Shown here one piece after another: positions 15,553-23,582 of a stretch of 40,430 nt of DNA. Under the pieces are notes generated by a model. The model was not told where the DNA came from, searched no databases, and saw only the letters and a list, made by a program, of their open reading frames with translations. This DNA is from Candidatus Gottesmanbacteria bacterium RIFOXYB1_FULL_47_11. Its GTDB lineage: Bacteria; Patescibacteriota; Microgenomatia; UBA10105; UBA927. The position numbers and the translations under genes are program-made. The stretch spans positions 1-40,430 of the forward strand of contig MFKE01000020.1 in NCBI GenBank assembly GCA_001779455.1, written 5' to 3'. Within the stretch, counting starts at the first letter, position 1. The number at the start of each line of letters is the position of its first letter.

Positions 15553-16866
15553 ATGAAAGACAATACCAGGCTAAAGTACTGCCTCTATGCACGTAAATCG
15601 AGCGAGTCCGATGAACGACAAGCGATGTCGATTGATGGTCAGCTCAAGGAAATGCAATTTCTTGCGAAGAGAGAAAAACTCAATATCACCGAAACTATTA
15701 CAGAAAGTCATTCAGCAAAAGAATCAGGACAACGACCAGAATTTAATAATCTTCTACTTGGCGTAACTGAAGAGAGATATAACAGCATTCTTACATGGGC
15801 ACCCGATCGACTGTCAAGAAACGCTGGGGATTTAGGACGAATCGTTGATTTAATGGATCAAGGAAAACTGACTCATATTAAGACCTACTCACAATCGTTT
15901 ACGAATAATCCAAACGAGAAATTTCTACTCATGATTCTTTGCTCACAAGCAAAACTGGAAAATGATAATCGAGGTGTGAATGTAAAGAGAGGATTAAGAA
16001 GTAAATGTGAGATGGGTATCCGACCAGGTGTTGCACCGATTGGTTATCGAAACGTATTAAAAGTGAATCGCATCTCAACGGTAGAACTTGACCCCGAACG
16101 AGCACCAGTCATCAAACAGATATTTCATAAAGTTGCCGATCTAGGTTTCTCCGGACGAATGGTTAAAAAATGGCTGGATGATATTGGATTTATTACAAAG
16201 AGCGGATGCAAAATGCCTTTAAGTAAAATCTATGTTGCACTCCAAAACTCCTTTTACTATGGTGAATTCAAATATGGCGATAAATGGTATATAGGCACCT
16301 ACGAACCACTTATCACTAAAGCATTGTTTGAAAGAGTCCAAATACAGCTTCAGGTTGCTCCAAGACAATGGAACAAACAGCTTTTCCCTTTCAAAAAGAT
16401 TTGTATTTGCGGATCATGTGGTGGGAGCGTCACCGCTGAACTCAAATATCGAAGAACTAAAGCAAACATCATAAACTCGCATATTTACTATCATTGTAAT
16501 CGAATCAAGAAATACGATTGTCCTGAACCGTATATCACCGAGCAGGAACTAATTAAACAATTAATCGGATATCTGCCAAAAATAAAGCTTAACACTTCAT
16601 ACCTGATGCAGGAATTTGAAATTGAGGTTAAACGATTACAGCATCTTAAAGCAACAGTGGTTAGCGAATACATACCTAGAGTTGAAATCACTCCTCATAA
16701 CACAGGTGACCAGAACCCTAGAGAATACAATGAAACACATACAGACATGCTGAAAGAATATTTGCTACACGTTTTACAATTTGGAACTCCCGAAGAGCGA
16801 ATTAAGATTCTCAAAGGAGTGACTTCAAAATTTAGCCTAAGAGATAGACAACTTATGCTTATCTGA
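15553..16866 (+). CDS. large serine recombinase (integrase)
   Basis: It has a resolvase catalytic domain (CLYARKSSESDERQ, DRLSRN), a recombinase domain and a Cys-rich zinc-ribbon region (CICGSCGG...YYHCN). ATG 15553 is preferred over the TTG at 15544. Confidence 0.9.
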   Translation: MKDNTRLKYCLYARKSSESDERQAMSIDGQLKEMQFLAKREKLNITETITESHSAKESGQRPEFNNLLLGVTEERYNSILTWAPDRLSRNAGDLGRIVDLMDQGKLTHIKTYSQSFTNNPNEKFLLMILCSQAKLENDNRGVNVKRGLRSKCEMGIRPGVAPIGYRNVLKVNRISTVELDPERAPVIKQIFHKVADLGFSGRMVKKWLDDIGFITKSGCKMPLSKIYVALQNSFYYGEFKYGDKWYIGTYEPLITKALFERVQIQLQVAPRQWNKQLFPFKKICICGSCGGSVTAELKYRRTKANIINSHIYYHCNRIKKYDCPEPYITEQELIKQLIGYLPKIKLNTSYLMQEFEIEVKRLQHLKATVVSEYIPRVEITPHNTGDQNPREYNETHTDMLKEYLLHVLQFGTPEERIKILKGVTSKFSLRDRQLMLI

Positions 16867-16896
16867 TAAAAATTGATACAATACATCCATATAATA

Positions 16897-17520
16897 ATGT
16901 CAAAAAATATTAAGATTATTGCAGTCTTCGTTGCTCTCCTTATAGTTGGTGTTATTCTCTGGAAATACCAAGGAGTTACAAAGAAACAAAACATCAATTC
17001 TTTTGAAGAGTGTTCCCAAGCAGGATTCCCAATCATGGAGAGTTTTCCAGAACAATGTCGAACTCCAGATGGGAAAACTTTTACTAGACAGGTGCCTGCA
17101 CAATTTAATTTACAGCAAGAAGCAATCAGTGAAATAGGATTATCCCTTCAACATCCAAAAGATCTTATTTTCCGTAAAGAGATAGCTGATAACGAAGGAA
17201 GTATCAGAACTGCTGGCTTTTTTCTTACCAAAGGATTAGAAAATAATCCGGAGTATCAGATGTATGGTTTGTACTCACAATACAAAGATGCGACGGAACA
17301 AGATTTAGAATTGTCGAAAAAAGAAATGGACCCCAGTACTATCAAAGTAGCGACGATTGATGGCTACAAAGGAATTGAAGGTCTTATTCTTGGTCCGAAA
17401 ACTAGATATATAACAATCGTTTTGAAGGGTAACAAGCTGTTTTCTGTTTCAACTCTTCCTCCAACTCCTGCAAATAAAGCAATTACCGATCAAATACTTC
17501 CCACTTTCAACTTCAAGTAA
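16897..17520 (+). CDS. hypothetical membrane-anchored protein
   Basis: N-terminal TM helix (IKIIAVFVALLIVGVILW) followed by a soluble domain. I recognise no family. ATG 16897 is preferred over the TTG at 16873. Confidence 0.5.
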   Translation: MSKNIKIIAVFVALLIVGVILWKYQGVTKKQNINSFEECSQAGFPIMESFPEQCRTPDGKTFTRQVPAQFNLQQEAISEIGLSLQHPKDLIFRKEIADNEGSIRTAGFFLTKGLENNPEYQMYGLYSQYKDATEQDLELSKKEMDPSTIKVATIDGYKGIEGLILGPKTRYITIVLKGNKLFSVSTLPPTPANKAITDQILPTFNFK

Positions 17521-17541
17521 GGATAAAAGAGATTCGAACGA
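17521..17541 (-). other. degenerate copy of the tRNA-Ser(CGA) 3' end (possible att remnant)
   Basis: GAGATTCGAAC (17529-17539) is identical to the T-arm segment of tRNA-Ser at 17756-17766. The preceding GGATAAAA resembles the acceptor segment GGAAAGGGC. Confidence 0.4.
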
Positions 17542-17745
17542 AGATATTTCACTGGGATAGGGCTAAAAATGGCTCTCTTCTCGAAAAGCTTAGAACCGAG
17601 TGCAAATACCTTGAGGGTCATTTAGGCGATTTTCTACATTACAGGCTATGTTCGAGATACTTGCGTTTTCTCTCACTTTTTTAGCAAGCCACATCGGGCT
17701 AATTTGACATAGTAGATGGGTCTTGGAGCAACCGAAAACCTTCTG

Positions 17746-17834
17746 CGGAAAGGGCGAGATTCGAACTCGCGTAGGCCTTTACAGACCTCCAAGGTTTTCG
17801 AGACCTGGCCGTTTAACCGCTCCGGCACCTTTCC
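17746..17834 (-). tRNA. tRNA-Ser (anticodon CGA)
   Basis: The reverse complement is GGAAAGGTGCCGGAGCGGTTAAACGGCCAGGTCTCGAAAACCTTGGAGGTCTGTAAAGGCCTACGCGAGTTCGAATCTCGCCCTTTCCG. The acceptor GGAAAGG pairs with CCTTTCC, and the anticodon loop is CT-CGA-AA. It has a long variable arm (AGGTCT/AGGCCT) and a T-arm GCGAG-TTCGAAT-CTCGC. No CCA is encoded. Confidence 0.9.
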
Positions 17835-17837
17835 AAC

Positions 17838-17912
17838 TGGCGCTCCCGCGCAGAATCGAACTGCGATCAGAGGTTCCGCAAACCCCTATTCTATCCGTTA
17901 AACTACAGGAGC
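17838..17912 (-). tRNA. tRNA-Arg (anticodon GCG)
   Basis: The reverse complement is GCTCCTGTAGTTTAACGGATAGAATAGGGGTTTGCGGAACCTCTGATCGCAGTTCGATTCTGCGCGGGAGCGCCA. It folds as a cloverleaf with anticodon stem GGGGT/ACCTC, loop TT-GCG-GA, and T-arm CGCAG-TTCGATT-CTGCG. CCA is encoded. Only 3 nt separate it from tRNA-Ser. Confidence 0.9.
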
Positions 17913-17941
17913 CTAACACAGCTGATTATACCGCAAAACGG

Positions 17942-18460
17942 CTACGAGGGCTTCTCCAGAGGAATTTTCTCGGTGATCCAGCGGGCAGCATTGTCCACCC
18001 ATGTTTTTTCCGGCTGTTCCCGGAAGGGGATATATTGGGCAACAAGTTTGTGAACCTGTTCCTTATCCACACTCCCCAAAAGAACAATGATGCGCGTGCC
18101 GATAATCGGCCGCAGCACCAACATTGTAGATCCCCATTGTTCCTCAAACCAAAAATCCACGAGCTCTTCCCACCGGTAAAAATGACCGGCGGATTCAAGT
18201 CCCAAATTGGTTATCCGGTGGCTTACTTCCTCCGGAGGCACTGTGGAAAGCACATAGACCAGAAATACGATGGAAACCACAGCGGCAATCAACAAAAATT
18301 CCCGGGCAAAAACCAGGATGACAATGAGAAGAAATACGATCGCGCCGATGTTGGTGAAATATTCCTTGTCTCTCCGTTTGAACAGCCGCGAGGGCGAACT
18401 CCAGGCAAGTAAGACCTCTTGCTGAACCTGTTTTTGCTCTTCGGCAGGGTTATTGTCCAT
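17942..18460 (-). CDS. hypothetical two-TM membrane protein
   Basis: I chose the start at internal Met (MDNNPAEEQ...) because the longer track ORF would overlap tRNA-Ser(TGA). It has two hydrophobic helices followed by a soluble C-terminal domain. Confidence 0.55.
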   Translation of the reverse strand: MDNNPAEEQKQVQQEVLLAWSSPSRLFKRRDKEYFTNIGAIVFLLIVILVFAREFLLIAAVVSIVFLVYVLSTVPPEEVSHRITNLGLESAGHFYRWEELVDFWFEEQWGSTMLVLRPIIGTRIIVLLGSVDKEQVHKLVAQYIPFREQPEKTWVDNAARWITEKIPLEKPS

Positions 18461-18497
18461 GAAATCAGTATATATCAAAACGTGGGGAAACAAAATG

Positions 18498-18579
18498 CGG
18501 AGGGTACAGGGGTCGAACCTGTTAGGGATTGCTCCCACTAGTTTTCAAGACTAGCGCGTTACCGTCCCGCCCACCCTCC
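18498..18579 (-). tRNA. tRNA-Ser (anticodon TGA)
   Basis: The reverse complement is GGAGGGTGGGCGGGACGGTAACGCGCTAGTCTTGAAAACTAGTGGGAGCAATCCCTAACAGGTTCGACCCCTGTACCCTCCG. The anticodon arm is CTAGT-CTTGAAA-ACTAG, there is a long variable arm, and the T-arm is ACAGG-TTCGACC-CCTGT. No CCA is encoded. Confidence 0.85.
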
Positions 18580-18584
18580 ACGGG

Positions 18585-18670
18585 CGGAGAGTGTGGGAGT
18601 CGAACCCACTCGGGGCTTTAAGACCCCGCAGGTTTAGCAAACCTGTGCCTTACCATCCGGCCCACTCTCC
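18585..18670 (-). tRNA. tRNA-Ser (anticodon GCT)
   Basis: The reverse complement is GGAGAGTGGGCCGGATGGTAAGGCACAGGTTTGCTAAACCTGCGGGGTCTTAAAGCCCCGAGTGGGTTCGACTCCCACACTCTCCG. The anticodon arm is CAGGT-TTGCTAA-ACCTG, there is a long variable arm, and the T-arm is GTGGG-TTCGACT-CCCAC. No CCA is encoded. Confidence 0.9.
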
Positions 18671-18693
18671 GTAGGCCGTATTATATCAAGAAA

Positions 18694-19302
18694 TCAGTCT
18701 CTGCTCTCAATTACCCACGCTTTTCCCGTAAAGAGGCGAATCACCGCTTGCCGGCCGGCAAACTCATTGCTGATGCCGCGCGTCGAGCCGCGGAGAATTT
18801 TTGTTTTTGTGAGATTGTATTTGAATTTTGACAACGAAATAACAATTGAAGACGTTATGGGAAGAATCGAAACATACCGGTATCCCCCGGGTTTTAATAT
18901 TGTACGACCTTTAGATATTTTCCTGGTTCGGTTTGTTTCATCAATACATATCTGGGTTGTGATAGTAAAAAGCGTTGCCATTGTGTGATCCAGCCGCGTA
19001 CCCGATCCTCCGAAAATATAGACTTCTCCTTTTGCCTGCCGGATGGCAAGTTCCATGTCCGTAAAGTTTTTATTTTTCGGATAGATTTTTATGGTTTTTA
19101 CACGCTCTTTAATCCGTTTCAGTTCATATGGCGATGTTGAATCAAAATCACCGATCGCAAGATCAGGAATGATATTGTTCTTCAGCAGCCAATACGCCGC
19201 GCGGTCCACACCGATAATATAATCGTCCGGACGAAGTATTTTTAAAAAATCTTTTTTTAGTGTCCCGTTGCCAAATATTACCGTGCGATGGTCATTGCCC
19301 AT
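18694..19302 (-). CDS. thiN: thiamine pyrophosphokinase
   Basis: Motifs AIGDFDS, KNFTDMELA and GGSGTRLDH. I chose the start at internal Met (MGNDHRTVIFGNG), giving a 25-nt overlap with the comF end. Confidence 0.8.
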   Translation of the reverse strand: MGNDHRTVIFGNGTLKKDFLKILRPDDYIIGVDRAAYWLLKNNIIPDLAIGDFDSTSPYELKRIKERVKTIKIYPKNKNFTDMELAIRQAKGEVYIFGGSGTRLDHTMATLFTITTQICIDETNRTRKISKGRTILKPGGYRYVSILPITSSIVISLSKFKYNLTKTKILRGSTRGISNEFAGRQAVIRLFTGKAWVIESRD

Positions 19303-19973
19303 ATGTGGTGTGCTCCCGCCCGTTTGAGCGCGCTTGCGGCGTTCCGCAGTGTTGCCCCCGTCGTACAAACATCGTCGAATAATACGATACGTGAATTATG
19401 AATCAGGAATAAGGAATTATGGATTGAAAAAGAATTCTTCATATTTTTTATCCGATCTTCCCGCTTTTTAATTTCTGCCTGAGGGGGCGTTGCGCGTGCC
19501 CGCCGAAGAATATCAGTACGGACCGGGATATGCAATCGCTGTGCAACGGCACGGCCCAATACTTCTGCCTGGTTAAATCCGCGCTGGCGGTATCGTATCC
19601 CGTGGAGCGGGATTGGGACCAGAATACTATCATTCCCGACCTGTTCGGGAATCCGTATTAAACCTACAAATTCTTTTGCCAAATCAGAAACATAACGATA
19701 CTTGAGCGCCTTAACGGCTTTACGCACCGGCCCGTCATAATGAAAAAAACTTGTAAGCCCGTCAATCCCGTACCGCGTACGACAATTCGGATGGGTAACC
19801 CCGCCAAAGGCAGACCTTCCGCACATCGGACAAATCCGCTCGTTATCCAAAATCGGCCGGATTTTTACCCTGCACGCATCACAAAAATAGGTGCCGATAC
19901 GGCCGCATGCAACACAGCGTTTGGGGAAAAAAACATCAAGAATATTCACATTGTGGACATTATAACGAAACAT
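19278..19973 (-). CDS. comF: ComF-family phosphoribosyltransferase-like protein
   Basis: N-terminal double zinc-finger (CVACG...CDAC...CPMCG...HPNC) and a PRTase motif (VLFDDVCTTGATL). The start is uncertain: the track extends to a GTG at 20024, and I prefer ATG 19973 (MFRYNV...FPKRCVACG). Confidence 0.8.
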   Translation of the reverse strand: MFRYNVHNVNILDVFFPKRCVACGRIGTYFCDACRVKIRPILDNERICPMCGRSAFGGVTHPNCRTRYGIDGLTSFFHYDGPVRKAVKALKYRYVSDLAKEFVGLIRIPEQVGNDSILVPIPLHGIRYRQRGFNQAEVLGRAVAQRLHIPVRTDILRRARATPPQAEIKKREDRIKNMKNSFSIHNSLFLIHNSRIVLFDDVCTTGATLRNAASALKRAGAHHIWAMTIAR

Positions 19974-20109
19974 TGGAACCAAATCACTGACTACATTTGG
20001 CGCTGGTATCCAATGCTCATCCACTCCGTTTTTGTCCCACCAAGTCGCTACAAATACGCGAAGCTATCAATGAGTTTATCACATATAGAAGTATGAGTTA
20101 CGGCGAAAT

Positions 20110-20538
20110 ATGCAAACAAAACTCATTAACTATAGAGAAACAGCAAAGTTTAACCTTTGGGCTAAGTATTTTACCGATGCGAGTAATAAGGACACATGGG
20201 GGAACGCAACTCAATCAGCAATAATCGCCTACAAGTATAGTTCGCCCGGACAGTACCATCTTGCGTCCATTACCGGATCGAAAAATATGAGGAAATATGA
20301 GTTACTAGCCCCAAGCATGTTAGACAAGATAGGCTTTAGCTTCGGAGAGCTTCTCAAAATAGGGGTCAAGAAAATGCTTGATGGCAACTACAAAGACTGG
20401 GATGCGCTCATGGAACGACTGGGGTACTTTGAGGGGAAAGATGCCATACAACAAAATAATCAATACAATCAATTTAATTTTGAAGAAATCGGGCAAGCTA
20501 TTGCACAATCAAGAAAAGAAAGAGGCCTTGCTTATTGA
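20110..20538 (+). CDS. terminase small subunit-like protein
   Basis: GNATQSAIIAYKYSSPGQYHLASITGSKNMRKYE resembles the conserved GNATQAAIRAGYS...A...GSRLLRN core of Terminase_2-type small subunits, recalled from memory. Confidence 0.5.
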   Translation: MQTKLINYRETAKFNLWAKYFTDASNKDTWGNATQSAIIAYKYSSPGQYHLASITGSKNMRKYELLAPSMLDKIGFSFGELLKIGVKKMLDGNYKDWDALMERLGYFEGKDAIQQNNQYNQFNFEEIGQAIAQSRKERGLAY

Positions 20539-20590
20539 CAAACCTTAGCAAAAAAACTATCACTCTGATAAGATTAGTGTAAAGAATTTT

Positions 20591-21592
20591 ATGAACAAAA
20601 ACTCCACTCGCCAGGTTGTTATAGACAGAATCTACCGATTAAACGGTAAAGAGTTTCAACAGCTATGTTGGGATATTCTTATTAAAGTTTTTACTGACCT
20701 ACAAACACCACGACCAGTCCACGACCTTGGAAGTGATGGCTATACAGTCAAATCCTCAATCTTTTTTGCCTGCTATGCCCCAGAGTCACATGAATATGAT
20801 GCGAGCGAAACGACCGACAAGATAAACGGCGACTACAAAAAGTTTGTTGACAACTGGAAGACGAATGGGAACTTCAAAAAATGGGTCTTTTTGACAAAAG
20901 GTAATTTGATTGGCGCTCCTCATCAAAAAATTGTAGAACTTAACAACAATGGTGACGGCGTAACCAAAGAAAACTGGGGTGTCGATCAAATCGTAAATAT
21001 GGTCATGGGCTTAGATATACAGCTAATTAAGGAGCTATTTAACCTTGAAGACGCAAATGGGGTTCAACAAACATTTGTTAATCAGGGCATAGTCAATAGC
21101 GGAAATGTCCATATAGATAAACAGGTGGGCACGCTCAATGAGTACAATCAATACTCCGGGGCTGAACAGGATGAAAATAATGCTATCGAGGAAGTATTTA
21201 ATTACGTTATTTCACAACTTCCAAAAACATCACCATTGTCACCGACCGATGAGAAGCGAATTGAAATTAGAGAAAAAATAAAACTCAATTTTACTGACCA
21301 AAAAGACCAAGGCGAGGTAGAAAGGTATTTTAATGATGCGTTTACTCGTACAAAGCTGGTAGAAAGTAAATTACAGGCATTAGATTCTCAAACTCAAAAA
21401 GATATAGAGCTATACATATCAAGAAAATACTCCGAGTTCAAAAGAAATAGTCAGTCGAGCATGGAAATTCTTGATAAGCTCTTCGATTTTTTTACCCCGG
21501 ATAAAAGGAAAACGAATCCTGCTTATGCAGTAACCGTAATGGCGTTTGTACTCCTCTTTTTTGAGGATTGTACAATTTTTGAGAAAAAATAA
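20591..21592 (+). CDS. candidate ABC-3C effector component (unassigned N-terminal domain)
   Basis: 333 aa, first gene of a 3-gene unit. The N-terminal pattern GKEFQQLCWDIL...HDLGSDGYT...FFACYAPE...WVFLTKG is reminiscent of Mrr-like nuclease folds, but I cannot find a clear (D/E)xK lysine. The C-terminal half is helical. Confidence 0.45.
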   Translation: MNKNSTRQVVIDRIYRLNGKEFQQLCWDILIKVFTDLQTPRPVHDLGSDGYTVKSSIFFACYAPESHEYDASETTDKINGDYKKFVDNWKTNGNFKKWVFLTKGNLIGAPHQKIVELNNNGDGVTKENWGVDQIVNMVMGLDIQLIKELFNLEDANGVQQTFVNQGIVNSGNVHIDKQVGTLNEYNQYSGAEQDENNAIEEVFNYVISQLPKTSPLSPTDEKRIEIREKIKLNFTDQKDQGEVERYFNDAFTRTKLVESKLQALDSQTQKDIELYISRKYSEFKRNSQSSMEILDKLFDFFTPDKRKTNPAYAVTVMAFVLLFFEDCTIFEKK

Positions 21593-21593
21593 T

Positions 21594-21818
21594 ATGATAA
21601 TGCCAACTAAACACGAAGACATCCGAAAAAATTCGATGGTTCTTGGAGCTAATGTAATTTCATATCTCAAAAGCTATGGTGGTGAAAATATCGAAACACT
21701 CTTTCAATCGCTAAAACAAAAGGCTGGAATTAGTTTGGATCAATATGGTGATATTGTTACAATTTTGTGGTTGGGAAACATCATTACGATTAAAGAGCAT
21801 AGAATACATCTTAGATAA
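21594..21818 (+). CDS. candidate ABC-3C middle component (74 aa)
   Basis: It starts 1 nt after the upstream stop and ends 3 nt before the ATPase start. I chose the internal Met (MIMPTKHEDIRKNSMVLGANVISYLK...) over the longer track ORF. Its size and position match the small middle component of ABC-3C loci. Confidence 0.45.
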   Translation: MIMPTKHEDIRKNSMVLGANVISYLKSYGGENIETLFQSLKQKAGISLDQYGDIVTILWLGNIITIKEHRIHLR

Positions 21819-21821
21819 GAT

Positions 21822-23582
21822 ATGTTATTAAAAAAACTTTATTCTGAACCAGAAGGACTATTCGAACCCGTTGAATTTCATGACGGAATCAACTTTGTGT
21901 TTGGTGAAAAAAGTGAGTCATCTGACCCAAAAGAATCTCTAAACGGGATTGGAAAATCTACATTATTAGACTTGATAGACTTTTGTCTTCTCTCTTCTTA
22001 TTCAGGCTATCATAATCCGAGATTGTATTCTGCCAAGAATATCATGGTAAATTACTTGATTGTTTTGGAGTTCGAAATTGAAGATGAGACTTACATAATC
22101 AAACGAGGTGTCAAAGAACCAAACAAAATCCAATTTGGCAAACGCGATTCTCTCAGAGAGTATTCGAGAGACGAGCTTGGACAATTGTTTGCCGACCTAA
22201 TTTTCAAGAAGAAAAATTATGAAGGAAATTTTTCAAACAAATGGTGGCGCCGACTAATAGCTTTCTATCTAAAAATACAGAATCAAAAGAAGTCGAGATT
22301 TACAGAACCAGTCAAATACATTGATGAATTAAGCGTTGCTGAACTGAATCAGTATCTATTCTTCCTTATGGGACTCGACAATGCCTTGGCCACAAGAAAT
22401 TTCGACATTCAATTTAACTTAAAAAGGCGTGAGAAAGCAATAGTAGAAGTTAAACAATTGGTTGAAGAAACATATGGACTAAAAGATATTGGCGAAGCAT
22501 CGAACCAAATTGACAGGCTAAATCAGGAAGTAAAAAGTGTCGAGGATACAATCTCTCAATTCAAATTGTCAACACAGTATCAAGACGCTGAACAGCAAGC
22601 AAATAAAATCACGGCAGAAATTAAAGCACTTTGGTTCCAAAACTTCTCTGACAGGAAAAAAATAGATGCTTATGAAGATAGCCTTAAGCTTGATATAGAT
22701 GTTGATGTCGATAGGATAAAAAGAGTATATGAAGAATTCAATAAACTGATGGCCGACAAAGTAGCCACCACACTTGATTCTGCAATTAAATTTAGAAAAG
22801 ACCTAATAACTTCAAGGAAAACTTTCATTTCCACAGAGAAAAAATCTCTATCAAGCAAAATATCTGAAAGAGAACAAAAGATAAACAAGCTAGAATCTGA
22901 AAGAGCTAAACTATTTTCATTTTTGTCAAACAAAAAAGCTATAAACGACTTGTCAGAAGCCTATTTACTTCTTAGCCATAAAAAAGACCAACTTGGAGAG
23001 TTGGGTGGTAAGGTTAAACTATACACAGACCTACAACGAGAGAAGGCCGACTTAAAAATCGAGGCAACGAAAATCGAAAAAGAAATGTACGATTTTGTCG
23101 AAAAACATACAGAAACGGTTTCTTCTTTCAGAACAATTTTCCACCAAATCTACAACGCTGTTTATCCGGCAAGCAAAAACCAATCAATGCTGGCACTTAA
23201 TATAAAACCTGAAACCGATGCTGTTGTTAATATAGAAATTACTTTTCCAGCTATGTACTCTAAAGGTAAAAACCAAGGAAGAACGTTAGTTTTTGATTTA
23301 GCTGTTTTAATTAACTCTATCAAAAATAACTATCCCGGACCAAAATTTCTTGTTCATGATGGTATTTTTGATGGAGTGGACAAAGCTCATTTTGTATCAC
23401 TCTACAAGTATCTCGAAGACCTAAAAACCAAAATGCGGTTTCAGTACATCGTTACCCTGAATGAAGAAGGAACTTTGAGCGAAAAATTTGGAGATGTGGA
23501 CGAATTATCTCCAAAAGGTATAAAGAGCAAGGCCATCAGTATATTAACCGCAAAGAAAAAACTTTTTGGTAAAGATTTTTAA
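21822..23582 (+). CDS. ABC/SMC-like ATPase, DUF2326 (YydD-like) type
   Basis: The N-terminus reads FHDGINFVFGEKS...SLNGIGKSTLLDLIDFCL (Walker A). A ~350-aa K/E/Q-rich coiled-coil-like insert follows. The C-terminus reads GRTLVFDLAV...PKFLVHDGIFDGVD (Walker B/D-loop). Confidence 0.75.
   Translation: MLLKKLYSEPEGLFEPVEFHDGINFVFGEKSESSDPKESLNGIGKSTLLDLIDFCLLSSYSGYHNPRLYSAKNIMVNYLIVLEFEIEDETYIIKRGVKEPNKIQFGKRDSLREYSRDELGQLFADLIFKKKNYEGNFSNKWWRRLIAFYLKIQNQKKSRFTEPVKYIDELSVAELNQYLFFLMGLDNALATRNFDIQFNLKRREKAIVEVKQLVEETYGLKDIGEASNQIDRLNQEVKSVEDTISQFKLSTQYQDAEQQANKITAEIKALWFQNFSDRKKIDAYEDSLKLDIDVDVDRIKRVYEEFNKLMADKVATTLDSAIKFRKDLITSRKTFISTEKKSLSSKISEREQKINKLESERAKLFSFLSNKKAINDLSEAYLLLSHKKDQLGELGGKVKLYTDLQREKADLKIEATKIEKEMYDFVEKHTETVSSFRTIFHQIYNAVYPASKNQSMLALNIKPETDAVVNIEITFPAMYSKGKNQGRTLVFDLAVLINSIKNNYPGPKFLVHDGIFDGVDKAHFVSLYKYLEDLKTKMRFQYIVTLNEEGTLSEKFGDVDELSPKGIKSKAISILTAKKKLFGKDF

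Larger units (their letters stand above)
1..17745. mobile_element. AT-rich accessory block 1 (prophage-derived or integrative element; left end outside window)
   Basis: It is visibly lower in GC than 17.7-20.0 kb. It carries phage methylase/terminase genes at the left and a large serine recombinase at the right, next to the 3' end of tRNA-Ser(CGA). A degenerate tRNA-Ser 3' fragment lies at 17521-17541. Confidence 0.5.

Noticed and set aside
17541-17700. Possible BrnT/DUF497-like toxin fragment (IFHWDRAKNGSLLEK...) between the hypothetical ORF and tRNA-Ser
   Set aside because: It has only a short, weak resemblance to the FEWD..K motif, with no start codon or SD. It cannot be supported without a profile search.
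17723-18412. 229-aa plus-strand ORF (and the 61-aa ORF at 17716)
   Set aside because: It runs antisense through tRNA-Ser(CGA), tRNA-Arg(GCG) and the minus-strand membrane-protein gene. It is a typical spurious open frame in GC-richer DNA.
19381-19432. AT-rich imperfect repeat (gaattatgaat...ggaattatggat) inside comF
   Set aside because: It encodes the variable linker FSIHNSLFLIHNS just before the PRTase motif. It is in-frame and short, so it is most likely ordinary sequence variation rather than a functional repeat.
19974-20110. Search for a displaced native ssrA 3' end (or attL core) at the left border of block 2
   Set aside because: The best candidate is the reverse complement GGATGAGCATTGGATACCAGCGCCA. 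It aligns only loosely (about 16/25 with gaps) to the ssrA T-arm/acceptor and lacks the GGAGACG acceptor strand, so it is not convincing.
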